Source of the DNA: a virus
Virus record (IMG/VR): IMGVR_UViG_3300025648_000013
Length of the DNA stretch: 64,000 bases
Reading direction: 5' to 3' (one strand)
Position 1 is the stretch's first letter; the number at the start of each line of letters is the position of its first letter. Below, piece by piece: positions 29,884 through 39,673 of this stretch. The notes beneath the pieces are model-generated. The model did no database searches. It was not told where the DNA came from and saw only the letters and a list, made by a program, of their open reading frames with translations. The translations under genes and the position numbers were made by a program.

Positions 29884-30099
29884 TTATTCGCCATATTCAC
29901 TGGTCACAGCAAAGAAACCAATGACCATAAGAATAAGACCAACAAACATTCCATATACCATATGGATTACGCTTGGAGGATCACCTGCAACACAATCTAC
30001 TGCGCGATGACACGCTTCCCAATAGTCATCAGCACTGGCTGAACTTGCGAGTACCAAGATACCGACGATCATCAGACCAAAACCAAAAAACTTGCTCAT
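29884..30099 (-). CDS. Small two-helix membrane protein
   Basis: GGAGA RBS; two hydrophobic segments. Confidence 0.6.
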   Translation of the reverse strand: MSKFFGFGLMIVGILVLASSASADDYWEACHRAVDCVAGDPPSVIHMVYGMFVGLILMVIGFFAVTSEYGE

Positions 30100-30184
30100 A
30101 GTGAATCTCCAAAAAAAGGAGAGCGAGGTCCACTTAGGCGACTGCCAATTTGCGAAAGACCACTCGTTCGCTCTCTATATTCCC

Positions 30185-30212
30185 ACTATATACGATTCGC
30201 TAAAAATGTCAA
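30185..30212 (-). promoter_or_regulatory. Early promoter with GANTC, driving the tRNA cluster
   Basis: TTGACA-tttttagc-GAATC-gta-TATAGT. Confidence 0.75.
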
Positions 30213-30281
30213 GCATAAAACTCTAGACTTTTGACGGTGAATTTGATATAAATAGTGAAGTAAAAACAGATAGGTAACAGC

Positions 30282-30905
30282 ATGGCAATACATCTTTATG
30301 TGAAAAAATGCACACACTGCGAACTGAGATATTTCGGTAAAACAATGGGATCCGATCCCACATCATATACGGGTTCTGGAATCTACTGGAAAGATCATCT
30401 AAAAAAACACAATTCTAAACAAGAAACGTTAGAGTTGTTCTCGTTTTATGACGAGGAAGAAGCTAGAGATTTTGCAATCAAGTTTTCCGAAGATAATAAT
30501 ATAGTAGAATCTAAAGAATGGGCCAATCTGATCGTAGAGAATATAAGCGGCGGCAGAATATCAGGATGGCAACACACCGAAGAGACCAGGCAGAAGATGA
30601 GGAAGCCTAAATCTAATAGCGCAAAAATGGGCAAATACGAGCGTACTCAGGAATGGAAAGATAATAAATCTAAAATCCTACTTGGTAAAGAGCCCTGGAA
30701 TAAAGGAAAAACTGGAGTGTATTCGGAAGCTACTCTATGCGCGTTTAGGGAAAATGCAAGAAATAGGGGTGATGTTTGGAAAGAAAAACAGTCTATCGCA
30801 CAAAAATCTAGACCAAAAGAATTGATGAAGGAAGCAGGAAGAAAAAGCGGATTAGCGCGAACTGGAATCAAACGAGGTCCATACAAAAAGAAAGATGTTT
30901 TATGA
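30282..30905 (+). CDS. GIY-YIG homing endonuclease
   Basis: 'HLYVKKC...RYFGKT...YTGSG', 'WANL', NUMOD3. Confidence 0.85.
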   Translation: MAIHLYVKKCTHCELRYFGKTMGSDPTSYTGSGIYWKDHLKKHNSKQETLELFSFYDEEEARDFAIKFSEDNNIVESKEWANLIVENISGGRISGWQHTEETRQKMRKPKSNSAKMGKYERTQEWKDNKSKILLGKEPWNKGKTGVYSEATLCAFRENARNRGDVWKEKQSIAQKSRPKELMKEAGRKSGLARTGIKRGPYKKKDVL

Positions 30906-31417
30906 CAAATCCAACTCAACCTGTATCAATCGACTTTCTCAGCCCGCTTGGATATAAGTTTAATCTCACCAAGAATCCAAATGTTGACTACTTTGCCCAA
31001 AGCTTTGATTTTCCTCGCATCAGTCTAAGCACTAGCAGAAATCAACAGACACCTTTCGGTAAGATACAGTTGCCAGGTACTCCATTGACGTTTGATACAT
31101 TCTCGTTGACATTCAAGATTGACGAAGACATGTACAACTACTTTGAAATCTATGACTGGATGACTGGTATTGGTACTCCAGAGAGTTTCAATCAGTATGC
31201 AGCATTGAATGCACAGCCAAACGGTTTCGGTGTTCTGGTAGACGCGGACTTGATTGTATTGAATGGTACAATGAATCCAAATCTTAAGATCACATTTAGT
31301 GATGTCAACCCTATTTCACTGTCGGGTTTCAGATTTGATTCCACTGAAACTGATGTAAACTACGTTACGGCTACAGCAGAGTTTTCATATAGAGAGTATA
31401 CCTACACCAGATTATAA
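30902..31417 (+). CDS. gp3: Tail completion/tube terminator gp3
   Basis: 'FLSPLGYKF', 'FKIDEDMYNYFEIYDWM'; precedes uvsY. Confidence 0.85.
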   Translation: MTNPTQPVSIDFLSPLGYKFNLTKNPNVDYFAQSFDFPRISLSTSRNQQTPFGKIQLPGTPLTFDTFSLTFKIDEDMYNYFEIYDWMTGIGTPESFNQYAALNAQPNGFGVLVDADLIVLNGTMNPNLKITFSDVNPISLSGFRFDSTETDVNYVTATAEFSYREYTYTRL

Positions 31418-31466
31418 TGACTGATACCTAAGTCATAAAATGTATTTGTGACTGATATATCAGTCA
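31418..31466. repeat. Two 18-bp palindromes (operator-like)
   Basis: TGACTGATACCTAAGTCA and perfect TGACTGATATATCAGTCA, 31 bp apart. Confidence 0.6.
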
Positions 31467-31485
31467 TTTGTAATAAGGAAGTGAA

Positions 31486-31920
31486 ATGAAGCTTGAAGAA
31501 ATCTATGACCTCTGGGCAAAAGACTCAGAGATTGATACCACTGCGATTGATCAGGTTGCAGTAAATATCCCAAAACTACATCATAAATATATGCAGATAC
31601 TTTCTAAGGAAAGACTACAGCTTCGAAAACTAGAAACAGATTACAAGCAGTTGTATCATCTGAAGTTTGAATACTTCATGGGTACACTTGATCGCGAAAC
31701 ACTAGAAGAACGTGAATGGAAACCTAATCCTCGCGCTATTCTTAAGTCTGATATTCCGATGCATATCGAGTCAGACCAAGACATCATCAATCTAACACTG
31801 AAGATTTCATATCAAAAAGAAAAATCAACTGTACTAGAATCTATCATTAAGATTATTAGTGAAAGAGGCTGGCAGGTTCGGAACTATATTGATTGGCAGA
31901 GATTTAAGAACGGGACATAA
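31486..31920 (+). CDS. uvsY: Recombination mediator UvsY
   Basis: 'WAKDSEID', 'IPKLHHKY', 'RGWQVRNYIDWQRF'. Confidence 0.92.
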   Translation: MKLEEIYDLWAKDSEIDTTAIDQVAVNIPKLHHKYMQILSKERLQLRKLETDYKQLYHLKFEYFMGTLDRETLEEREWKPNPRAILKSDIPMHIESDQDIINLTLKISYQKEKSTVLESIIKIISERGWQVRNYIDWQRFKNGT

Positions 31921-33278
31921 TGACAGATACTTTATACATCACAAAGATAAACGAGGTACACATTCGTATAGATTGTGAACGAAATATAAAAATGGAATTA
32001 TCCGAATATTTTACTTTCGAGGTACCCGGCGCAAAGTTTAGTCCAGCTTACCGAAACAGAACCTGGGACGGCCGCATTAGACTCTACCATCTAATGTCGG
32101 GCACGTTGTATGCAGGATTGTTTCAAAACGTCCTAGCATTCGCTCGTAATCGTGGATATGATGTCCAGTTTAGTGATGAGTTTAACGAAACACCATTTTC
32201 ACTAAGGGAAGCTGAAGATTTTGCTCAATCCTTAAGCCTCCCGTTCGCACCACGCGATTACCAGTTAGCGGCGCTGGCACATGCGGTAAGAAAGACAAGA
32301 TCGCTCCTGCTGTCTCCTACCGCTTCTGGTAAGTCATTGATCATTTATATGATCGCACAGTATTACGCTAAAAGAACTCTAATCATTGTACCAACTATTT
32401 CTTTGGTTCATCAGTTAGCAGATGATTTTAAGTCTTATGGCTATGATGAACTAGTACACAAGATCACTGCTGGTGCTGACAAGAAAACAAATGCAATGAT
32501 AACAGTAAGCACTTGGCAGAGTATTGTCAAGCAATCCAAAGATTGGTTTTCACAATATGATGTTGTAATGGGGGATGAAGCACACTTATTCAAAGCAAAG
32601 TCTCTTACAACAATCATGGACAAAATGGTGAATTGCAAACACCGATTTGGATTCACAGGCACATTAGATGGTATTGAAACAAACAAACTTGTATTAGAAG
32701 GGTTATTTGGTACAGCAAAGCGAGTTGCATCAACGGCCGATCTTATCGACCAAAAGCATTTAGCGGAACTGAAAATCAAGATTCTTGTTTTGAAGTATGC
32801 AGAAGAAGTCCGCAAGGTCAACAAGGACAATGACTATAAACAAGAGATGGATTTTATCGTTGGTCATCAAGGGCGCAACAAGTTTGTTAAAAACCTTGCT
32901 CTATCTCTAAAAGGTAATACTCTACTTCTTTTTCAATACGTGGAGAAGCACGGAAAAGAGTTGTATAAATCTATACAGGATGCTGCTGGCGATAGACCTA
33001 TACATTTCATTTATGGCGGTGTTGATGGTGACGTTCGCGAAGAAATACGTAAGCTGGTAGAAACGCAGACAAACACCGTGATATCATTACACTTTGATGA
33101 CTTCATTCTCAAAATAAAAGATGGCCAAAACGTACCTCTAATGGATGGTACAACGAAAAAAGTTGACAACATTACAGAAAATGATGATGTTGACACCAGT
33201 AAATGTATAAGTAATATACAGGCGTCAACATTGATAGGCAAAGTTATATGGACTACACGAGAATCTACGGAGAGTTAG
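31920..33278 (+). CDS. uvsW: UvsW helicase, N-terminal fragment with foreign C-terminal extension
   Basis: 'SPTASGKS', 'DEAH', 'GFTGT'; homology stops at 'ETQTN' (about 33075). Confidence 0.92.
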   Translation: MTDTLYITKINEVHIRIDCERNIKMELSEYFTFEVPGAKFSPAYRNRTWDGRIRLYHLMSGTLYAGLFQNVLAFARNRGYDVQFSDEFNETPFSLREAEDFAQSLSLPFAPRDYQLAALAHAVRKTRSLLLSPTASGKSLIIYMIAQYYAKRTLIIVPTISLVHQLADDFKSYGYDELVHKITAGADKKTNAMITVSTWQSIVKQSKDWFSQYDVVMGDEAHLFKAKSLTTIMDKMVNCKHRFGFTGTLDGIETNKLVLEGLFGTAKRVASTADLIDQKHLAELKIKILVLKYAEEVRKVNKDNDYKQEMDFIVGHQGRNKFVKNLALSLKGNTLLLFQYVEKHGKELYKSIQDAAGDRPIHFIYGGVDGDVREEIRKLVETQTNTVISLHFDDFILKIKDGQNVPLMDGTTKKVDNITENDDVDTSKCISNIQASTLIGKVIWTTRESTES

Positions 33279-33919
33279 TACAACGTGGAAAGACTAGATG
33301 CATCAATGTAGATGATTATTATGAAAAACACCACATTGTTCCTAAATGTTTAGGTGGCACTGATGATTCCAGCAATCTTGTGAAGCTAACACCAGAAGAA
33401 CACTATGTTGCCCATCAGCTTTTGATAAAAATGCACCCAAATAATCCTAAGCTGATATATGCGACAACAATGCTAATGTATCATAATAGTGATAGACGTT
33501 TGTGTAATAAAGAGTATGGATGGATCAAAAGATTGCACAGCAAAAATCTTAGTGTATTTTTTAGAGAACAATGGATGAATCTAACACCAGAAGAATATGA
33601 CGTTAGAGTGCATAATATGAGTTGGTCGGAAGAGAGACATAAGCAACACACAGAATATATGAAAAACCGATACTCAGACGAAGTTTTTTATAGTAGATTT
33701 GTCACAACCATGTCGGAAGTGAATGGTGATATAGATAAGAGACAAGACGCTAGCTATAAGTTGAAAGAAAAATGGAAAGATCCTGAATATCTAGAAAAAA
33801 TGAAAAATAGACCAAAAAGAGGTTCTGACGGTAGCAAACTAAAAGAGCGTTGGAAAGATCCTGCATTCAAAGCAATGATGCTAGAGAGAAGAAAGAATAA
33901 GAAAAATGAAACCAAATAA
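33248..33919 (+). CDS. HNH homing endonuclease splitting uvsW
   Basis: 'EKHHIVPKCLGGTDDSSNLVKLTPEEHYVAHQLL'. Confidence 0.92.
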   Translation: MDYTRIYGELVQRGKTRCINVDDYYEKHHIVPKCLGGTDDSSNLVKLTPEEHYVAHQLLIKMHPNNPKLIYATTMLMYHNSDRRLCNKEYGWIKRLHSKNLSVFFREQWMNLTPEEYDVRVHNMSWSEERHKQHTEYMKNRYSDEVFYSRFVTTMSEVNGDIDKRQDASYKLKEKWKDPEYLEKMKNRPKRGSDGSKLKERWKDPAFKAMMLERRKNKKNETK

Positions 33920-34230
33920 AGTGGGACAGGAGGTTGAACATGGCGCGATTATCGTAGCCAGTTCTGGTACGTTTCTCCACGGGTGTTAATATCAAGAACA
34001 TTCACAATATCATCTTTGCTTCACCAGGCAAGTCCAAGATCAAAACACTTCAGTCTATTGGTCGAGGGTTAAGAAAGTCAAACATAAAAGATTCTGTTAC
34101 TCTTTTTGATATAGCAGATGACCTTTCATGGAAGTCCAAACAGAACTATACTATGCAACATCTCAAAGAGAGAAAGAAGATTTATGAAGAAGAAGAGTTT
34201 GCTTTCAAGATTTATGACATCGACATCTAA
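33906..34230 (+). CDS. uvsW: UvsW C-terminal fragment (contains a +1 frame break near 33974)
   Basis: 'AIIVASSGTF' then, after a 1-nt shift, 'STGVNIKNIHNIIFASP...LQSIGRGLR...LFDIADD'. Confidence 0.85.
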
Positions 34231-34567
34231 AGAACCTGTTCCAACACACATTCTATTAAAGTTGGTAACAGGAGAGTTGGTAATGTCTAGGTTCGATACC
34301 GAGACTGAAACTGGATATGTTGTTGAGTATCCAATGGTCGCGAATCGCTATTACGACGAAGACACTGGTAAGTTTCAAGCTTATCTTACCTCATTGAATC
34401 CTTTCGATGATGTCAATATTCTCTTTACTTTAGATAAGAAACATGTTATATTCGTATCTAATCTAGAGCAAGAAGTAGTTACATTCTATGAGAAGAATGT
34501 AACAATGAGATATCAATCTGAAGATGATGATCAATCTCTAATACCACTAAGTTCTAGTATTCATTAA
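34214..34567 (+). CDS. Conserved hypothetical protein between uvsW and gp55
   Basis: 'LLKLVTGELV' pattern and synteny; start uncertain. Confidence 0.6.
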   Translation: MTSTSKEPVPTHILLKLVTGELVMSRFDTETETGYVVEYPMVANRYYDEDTGKFQAYLTSLNPFDDVNILFTLDKKHVIFVSNLEQEVVTFYEKNVTMRYQSEDDDQSLIPLSSSIH

Positions 34568-34579
34568 AGCACATTGCTT

Positions 34580-34607
34580 ATTATATACAAGCTGTGGAAA
34601 AAGTCAA
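34580..34607 (-). promoter_or_regulatory. Sigma70-type antisense promoter
   Basis: TTGACT-N16-TATAAT. Confidence 0.6.
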
Positions 34608-34625
34608 GAGAAAAGGGAATATATT

Positions 34626-35195
34626 ATGGCACGACCTAAAGATACCAGCAGACATTATGTTGACAACAAATCATTCTACAATGCACTGATTGATTATCGT
34701 AAGAAAAAGCAAGATGCGCTAGAAGCAGGGTTACCAGTACCAAGAATCCCTGAGTATATTGGTGTGTGTATCTTCAAGATCGCAACTAAGCTAGCCACCA
34801 AGGGTAACTTTGTCAACTATTCTTATAAAGAAGAAATGATTTCAGATGGCATTGAAAACTGCATCAGCTACATGCACAACTTCAATCCAGACAAGTCGAA
34901 CAATCCCTTCGCATACTTTACTCGTATCATATATAATGCCTACGTCCTTCGTATTCAGAAAGAGAAGAAGCAAACGTACATTAAGTATAAGGCCTTTGAG
35001 AATGCGGTGTTAGTCGGTGCTGCTACAGAGTATGGAGATTCGGATAATCCTAACTCTACAGAAATGAATAACACTGATAACATGACCAGCTTTGTGTCTG
35101 ATTATGAAAAGAAAATAGCAGAACGCAAAGCTGAGACCGCAGAGAAAAAGCCAAAGGTGAAAAAAGGTATTGACAAGTTCATAGAAAGTGACTAA
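34626..35195 (+). CDS. gp55: Late sigma factor gp55
   Basis: 'HYVDNK', 'EEMISDGIENC', 'NPFAYFTRIIYNA'. Confidence 0.96.
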   Translation: MARPKDTSRHYVDNKSFYNALIDYRKKKQDALEAGLPVPRIPEYIGVCIFKIATKLATKGNFVNYSYKEEMISDGIENCISYMHNFNPDKSNNPFAYFTRIIYNAYVLRIQKEKKQTYIKYKAFENAVLVGAATEYGDSDNPNSTEMNNTDNMTSFVSDYEKKIAERKAETAEKKPKVKKGIDKFIESD

Positions 35196-35196
35196 G

Positions 35197-35403
35197 ATGA
35201 AGACAGACAAAAATAACATTCCCGCAGGCGTAGAAGCCGTTGTGAAGAACCTGTTTGATCCAACGAACAATGTTTATATTCGTGACAACTTCAAGCGCAC
35301 CTTGATGAATATCAGAGACTACTGCGATGATGCGGTAAAGTTCTATGACAAGAAACAAGCACAAGAAGAGTTGGCAAAGCCAAAGAAACGAAAGATTGCA
35401 TAA
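35197..35403 (+). CDS. Hypothetical protein
   Basis: ORF following gp55; start uncertain. Confidence 0.5.
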   Translation: MKTDKNNIPAGVEAVVKNLFDPTNNVYIRDNFKRTLMNIRDYCDDAVKFYDKKQAQEELAKPKKRKIA

Positions 35404-35480
35404 TATGGCAAACTGGTTTTATCTTGCTGGTAGCGTAATGTTTGCTATAGGTACAATCATTAATATGTGGAGGTGAGTAT

Positions 35481-35849
35481 ATGAGCTTTTTTGATAGTGA
35501 TAAATGGCGAGAATCGATTCAAATTCAGCAAGAAGCCGAAGATAAGTACGAAGAAGAATGTGACTTGTATTGGGACAATATCTCATATGATGAAAAAATC
35601 AAGTCTTTCTATTCTGTATGTAAACGCATCCGCAAAGGTGATATTAAAGATCAAGGGACATATCGGTATGTTCTTTATGATGTGTTTGGTTTTGGACCTG
35701 ATGCCTATGCAATAGGTATGCAGTGTGGATATATGGCGCTTCATAATTGTATTCTTCCCCCTGAAGATGTGGAAGAATTGTTCAGACTGCGGAGAGAAAA
35801 CGCAGAGATGAAGAAGCTATTGTCTAAACTTGATGATGATGGAAAGTAA
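35481..35849 (+). CDS. Hypothetical protein
   Basis: GGAGG RBS; 'GTYRYVLYDVFGF'. Confidence 0.6.
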   Translation: MSFFDSDKWRESIQIQQEAEDKYEEECDLYWDNISYDEKIKSFYSVCKRIRKGDIKDQGTYRYVLYDVFGFGPDAYAIGMQCGYMALHNCILPPEDVEELFRLRRENAEMKKLLSKLDDDGK

Positions 35850-35852
35850 TAC

Positions 35853-36914
35853 ATGAAGTTTGCTATTATTACAGACCAACATTTCGGTGTACGTGGTGAC
35901 AGTGTTGTGTTTCATGATATGATGGAGAAGTTCTATTCTGAGTTCTTCTTTCCATATCTCATGAAACACAACATCAACCTCATTCTAGATACGGGTGATA
36001 CGTTTGATCGCCGCAAGTACGTCAGTTTCTATACGCTCTCGCGCGCGCGATCATATTGGTTTGACAAGATTCGTGACAACAATATGTCTCTGGTCACACT
36101 GGTTGGCAACCATGTAATTCCTTACAAGAACACTCTGGAAATGAATGCTCTAGACCTTCTGCTATCAGACTATGACAACATCAAAGTGATTTCTAAGCCT
36201 AGCGAAGTAGACTTTGGTTCAATGAAGACGCTGCTGCTTCCTTGGATCTGCGAAGACAATCAGAAGCAAACAATGGATCTGATTAAATCGACTGATGCAC
36301 AAGTTGCATTTGGTCACCTAGAACTTGGTGGTTTCTCCATGTACAAAGGTGATACTGGTCATGAAGGTATGGATGCCAGTATCTTCCAGAAGTTTGACTT
36401 CGTTGGTTCTGGTCACTTTCATCATCGCTCAACAAAAGGCAATGTAACATACTTTGGTTGCCCATATGAAATGACTTGGAGCGACTTCAACGATCCTAAA
36501 GGTTTTCATATCTTTGATACTGAGACTCGCAAGGCGACTTTTGTAGAGAATCCTTTTCGTATGTTCTACAAGTTTGTCTATGATGACTCAAACGCAAAGT
36601 TGACAGACTTTACCGACATTGACTATAGCCCATACAGAAACACATACGTAAAAGTGATCGTCAAGAACAAGAACACTCCCTATTGGTTTGATATGTTCAT
36701 TGATACGATGGAGAAATCTAGCCCAGCAAACATCCAAGTTGTTGATGATAACTTGAATCTCAATCTCGAAACAGATGAAGACATTGTGGATGAAGCAGAA
36801 GATACTTTGACGATTCTGCGGAAATACACAGACAATCTTGAACTGGATGTGGACAAGAAATCTCTTGACAATCTAATACGTTCCTTGTATGATGAAGCCA
36901 TGAGCATCGATTGA
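35853..36914 (+). CDS. gp47: Recombination nuclease gp47 (Mre11/SbcD-like)
   Basis: 'TDQHFG', 'GDTFDRRK', 'GNH', 'SGHFH'. Confidence 0.96.
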   Translation: MKFAIITDQHFGVRGDSVVFHDMMEKFYSEFFFPYLMKHNINLILDTGDTFDRRKYVSFYTLSRARSYWFDKIRDNNMSLVTLVGNHVIPYKNTLEMNALDLLLSDYDNIKVISKPSEVDFGSMKTLLLPWICEDNQKQTMDLIKSTDAQVAFGHLELGGFSMYKGDTGHEGMDASIFQKFDFVGSGHFHHRSTKGNVTYFGCPYEMTWSDFNDPKGFHIFDTETRKATFVENPFRMFYKFVYDDSNAKLTDFTDIDYSPYRNTYVKVIVKNKNTPYWFDMFIDTMEKSSPANIQVVDDNLNLNLETDEDIVDEAEDTLTILRKYTDNLELDVDKKSLDNLIRSLYDEAMSID

Positions 36915-36920
36915 GGTAAT

Positions 36921-38639
36921 ATGATTCTATTCAAAGTAGTACGTTGGAGGAACCTGCTTTCAACGGGCAATACCTTTACAGAAGTCAAACTAAATGAAGC
37001 CGCGTCAACTCTGATTGTCGGTGAAAATGGCGCTGGTAAGTCTACCTTTATCGAAGCGATTTCGTTTGCTCTTTATGGTAAACCCTTTCGCAAGATCAAT
37101 AAGCCACAACTCTTGAATGCGATCAACGGCAAGAACTTGCTTGTTGAAATCGAGTTCGCTATTGGTAAGAAAGAGTATCTGGTTAGACGTGGCATCAAGC
37201 CAAACGTCTTTGAAATCTTTGTTGATGGTTCTCTACTGAATCAAGAAGCGAAGTCTGGTGACTATCAGGACGTTCTGGAGAAGAATATCCTAAAGCTGTC
37301 GCATAAGTCATTCTCACAGATCATCACGCTCGGTGCTTCTACCTTTGTTCCTTTCATGCAGTTGCCAGCACAGGCTCGGCGTGACTTCATTGAAGACCTT
37401 CTGGATATCCAGATTTTCTCAACGATGAACAACCTACTGAAGACACGTATTCAAGACAACAAAGATGCACTAAAGGATGCCAACACACAACTGGCTCTTT
37501 GTGAACAAAAGATTGATTTGAATAAGAAGCATATCGAATCACTTCGGCAAAACAATGAAGACTTGATCGACATCAAGCACGGCAAGATTTACGAACATGA
37601 AACTCTGATCGAGACTGCAAATGCCGAGATTGACAAAATCTCCGAACAGATTGACGATTTGAAACTCAATATTGGAGATGAGCAATCTATTACGGATAGA
37701 TTGAACAAGGTCACTACGCTTCACTCTGAGTTGAAGTTCAAACTGACCGATCATAACAAGCATATCAAGTTTCTTCATACTCACGATCACTGCCCGACTT
37801 GTACACAAGACATTGATCCTGTTTTCAAGGAAGAAAATCTAAACACAAAGATTGCCAGTGCAGAAGAGTTAGACACAGCCTTAACTAAACTATCAGAAGA
37901 ACAGGCGAAGATCAATGCACGAATGAAAGAGATTGTTGATATTAGCAATCAAATCTCAGAATATAATGCAGAGATAATAGACCGCAACAACAAGATTCGT
38001 ATGTACCAGAAGTATAACAGCGAGTTGCAGAAAGAGATTGAAGCACTTCGTAATAAGCAGACTAAGGTAGAGACGGATGCTGTTGATCTAAACAAAGCCA
38101 AGAAAGAACTGAAAGACGTTCACACACTTATTGAAGAACTAACCGAAAATCGTTCTTTGTTGGGTACTGCTGCTGTTCTGCTGAAAGATGGTGGTATCAA
38201 GACCAAGATCATCAAGCAATATGTTCCTGTCATGAACAAGCTAATCAACAAGTATCTTGCGGCTATGGACTTCTTTGTCCAGTTTGAACTTGATGAAAGT
38301 TTTGATGAAAAGATTAAGTCGCGGTTTCGTGATGAGTTCTCTTATGCGTCATTCTCTGAAGGTGAAAAGATGAGAATAAATCTGGCTTTACTTTTCTCAT
38401 GGAGAGCAGTGGCAAAACTTCGTAACAGCGCAAGCACAAATCTCTTGATTATGGACGAGGTTTTTGATAGTTCTTTGGATACAAGTGGTACGGACGAGTT
38501 CTTCAAGATTCTAAGCAGCGTAACGGCTGACACCAATGTGTTCATCATTTCACATAAGGGAGCATCACTGATGGACAAATTCACTAACATCATTCGTTTT
38601 GAGAAGCAGAGAAATTTCAGTGTTATGGTTGTCGAGTAG
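36921..38639 (+). CDS. gp46: Recombination ATPase gp46 (Rad50/SbcC-like)
   Basis: 'GENGAGKST', 'CPTC' hook, 'FSEGEK', '[10 protein letters not shown]'. Confidence 0.97.
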   Translation: MILFKVVRWRNLLSTGNTFTEVKLNEAASTLIVGENGAGKSTFIEAISFALYGKPFRKINKPQLLNAINGKNLLVEIEFAIGKKEYLVRRGIKPNVFEIFVDGSLLNQEAKSGDYQDVLEKNILKLSHKSFSQIITLGASTFVPFMQLPAQARRDFIEDLLDIQIFSTMNNLLKTRIQDNKDALKDANTQLALCEQKIDLNKKHIESLRQNNEDLIDIKHGKIYEHETLIETANAEIDKISEQIDDLKLNIGDEQSITDRLNKVTTLHSELKFKLTDHNKHIKFLHTHDHCPTCTQDIDPVFKEENLNTKIASAEELDTALTKLSEEQAKINARMKEIVDISNQISEYNAEIIDRNNKIRMYQKYNSELQKEIEALRNKQTKVETDAVDLNKAKKELKDVHTLIEELTENRSLLGTAAVLLKDGGIKTKIIKQYVPVMNKLINKYLAAMDFFVQFELDESFDEKIKSRFRDEFSYASFSEGEKMRINLALLFSWRAVAKLRNSASTNLLIMDEVFDSSLDTSGTDEFFKILSSVTADTNVFIISHKGASLMDKFTNIIRFEKQRNFSVMVVE

Positions 38640-39201
38640 CTTGTTTACATTTATCCAAGTGCCATCTAAGAATATTACCCTTAGACGCAATTATTAAACA
38701 ATGTGGACATAACTCTTTAGGTCTATTTTTGTTTGATATCGAGTTTTTTAGTTTGCTTTCGTCGGACACCTTTGTGCCTATCCTGGGCCCTGTTCGTTTT
38801 CTTACTAATTCTAAACTTTGCGGAATGCCTCTTAGTTTCGCTGCTCTTTTTTCTATAGTTTCGGCAGAATGTTTTTTGCCTTTATTTTTCTTGCCAGTTA
38901 TAGAGACTTTGATTTTGTGTTCTTCGCTCATAATTCTTCCGGAACATCCTTCTCCTCCGTCCGTTCTATTGCGAAGAATGCCTGTTCCTAAATCTTTTCT
39001 GCCATACCATCTAATAAATCGACGTTCTAATGCGAATGCCCCAATCTCTGAAAGATTTGTTTCTAGAAAAACTATTTTAGATTTGTCTTTGGGAATAGAA
39101 ACAGAATGTTTTTCGTACATTCTTCTTGATTTCCCTTTACCTATGTAGTAAGGTGTGTTGTCAGATTTTCTGATATATGCATAGACGTAATAAGTATTCA
39201 T
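38623..39201 (-). CDS. GIY-YIG homing endonuclease
   Basis: 'YYVYAY...PYYIGKG', '[10 protein letters not shown]'. Confidence 0.88.
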   Translation of the reverse strand: MNTYYVYAYIRKSDNTPYYIGKGKSRRMYEKHSVSIPKDKSKIVFLETNLSEIGAFALERRFIRWYGRKDLGTGILRNRTDGGEGCSGRIMSEEHKIKVSITGKKNKGKKHSAETIEKRAAKLRGIPQSLELVRKRTGPRIGTKVSDESKLKNSISNKNRPKELCPHCLIIASKGNILRWHLDKCKQATRQP

Positions 39202-39271
39202 GGCTGGACTCCTTGTACGAGGACTAGAGTGGTTGGATACTGGTAATATCGTGAACCACAATATACTTATA
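39199..39271. ncRNA. HEG-associated structured element, copy 3
   Basis: GTGGTT/AACCAC and GATA/TATC stems. Confidence 0.7.
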
Positions 39272-39295
39272 TAAATTTTAATGTGAGGATTAACA

Positions 39296-39673
39296 ATGAC
39301 TAACTACGAAAAAGTAAAAGAGTTTCATACGGTGTTTGGTCAAGATGCTCCAGATACTCCAGGGTTTCCTGCAAAAGACGTTATTAAACTTCGCATAGAA
39401 CTGATTCGTGAAGAGTTTCAAGAGCTAAAGGATGCTATCAAGGATAAGGATCTTGTAGAAGTTGCCGATGCTCTGACTGACATTCTATATGTCACATATG
39501 GTGCTGGTATTGCTTTTGGCATCGATCTGGATGCTTGTCTAGCAGAAGTGCATCGTAGCAACATGACAAAGCTTGGTAAAGATGGTAAGCCTGTTCATCG
39601 CGAAGATGGCAAGATCATCAAAGGACCTCATTACGAAAAGCCAAATCTTAAGCCAATCCTAGGAGTAAACTGA
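39296..39673 (+). CDS. MazG-like NTP pyrophosphohydrolase
   Basis: 'LIREEFQEL', '[15 protein letters not shown]', 'EVHRSNMTK'. Confidence 0.9.
   Translation: MTNYEKVKEFHTVFGQDAPDTPGFPAKDVIKLRIELIREEFQELKDAIKDKDLVEVADALTDILYVTYGAGIAFGIDLDACLAEVHRSNMTKLGKDGKPVHREDGKIIKGPHYEKPNLKPILGVN

Noticed and set aside
30120-30176. c-di-GMP-I riboswitch (GCAAA...CCTAA resemblance)
   Set aside because: The GGCAAAC-GNRA first hairpin is missing; kept only as an unspecified structured leader.
33075-33945. Group I intron or canonical intein in uvsW (and in the gp43 gap)
   Set aside because: The inserts are fully occupied by reading frames with no recognisable P7 core, and intein splice-junction residues are absent.
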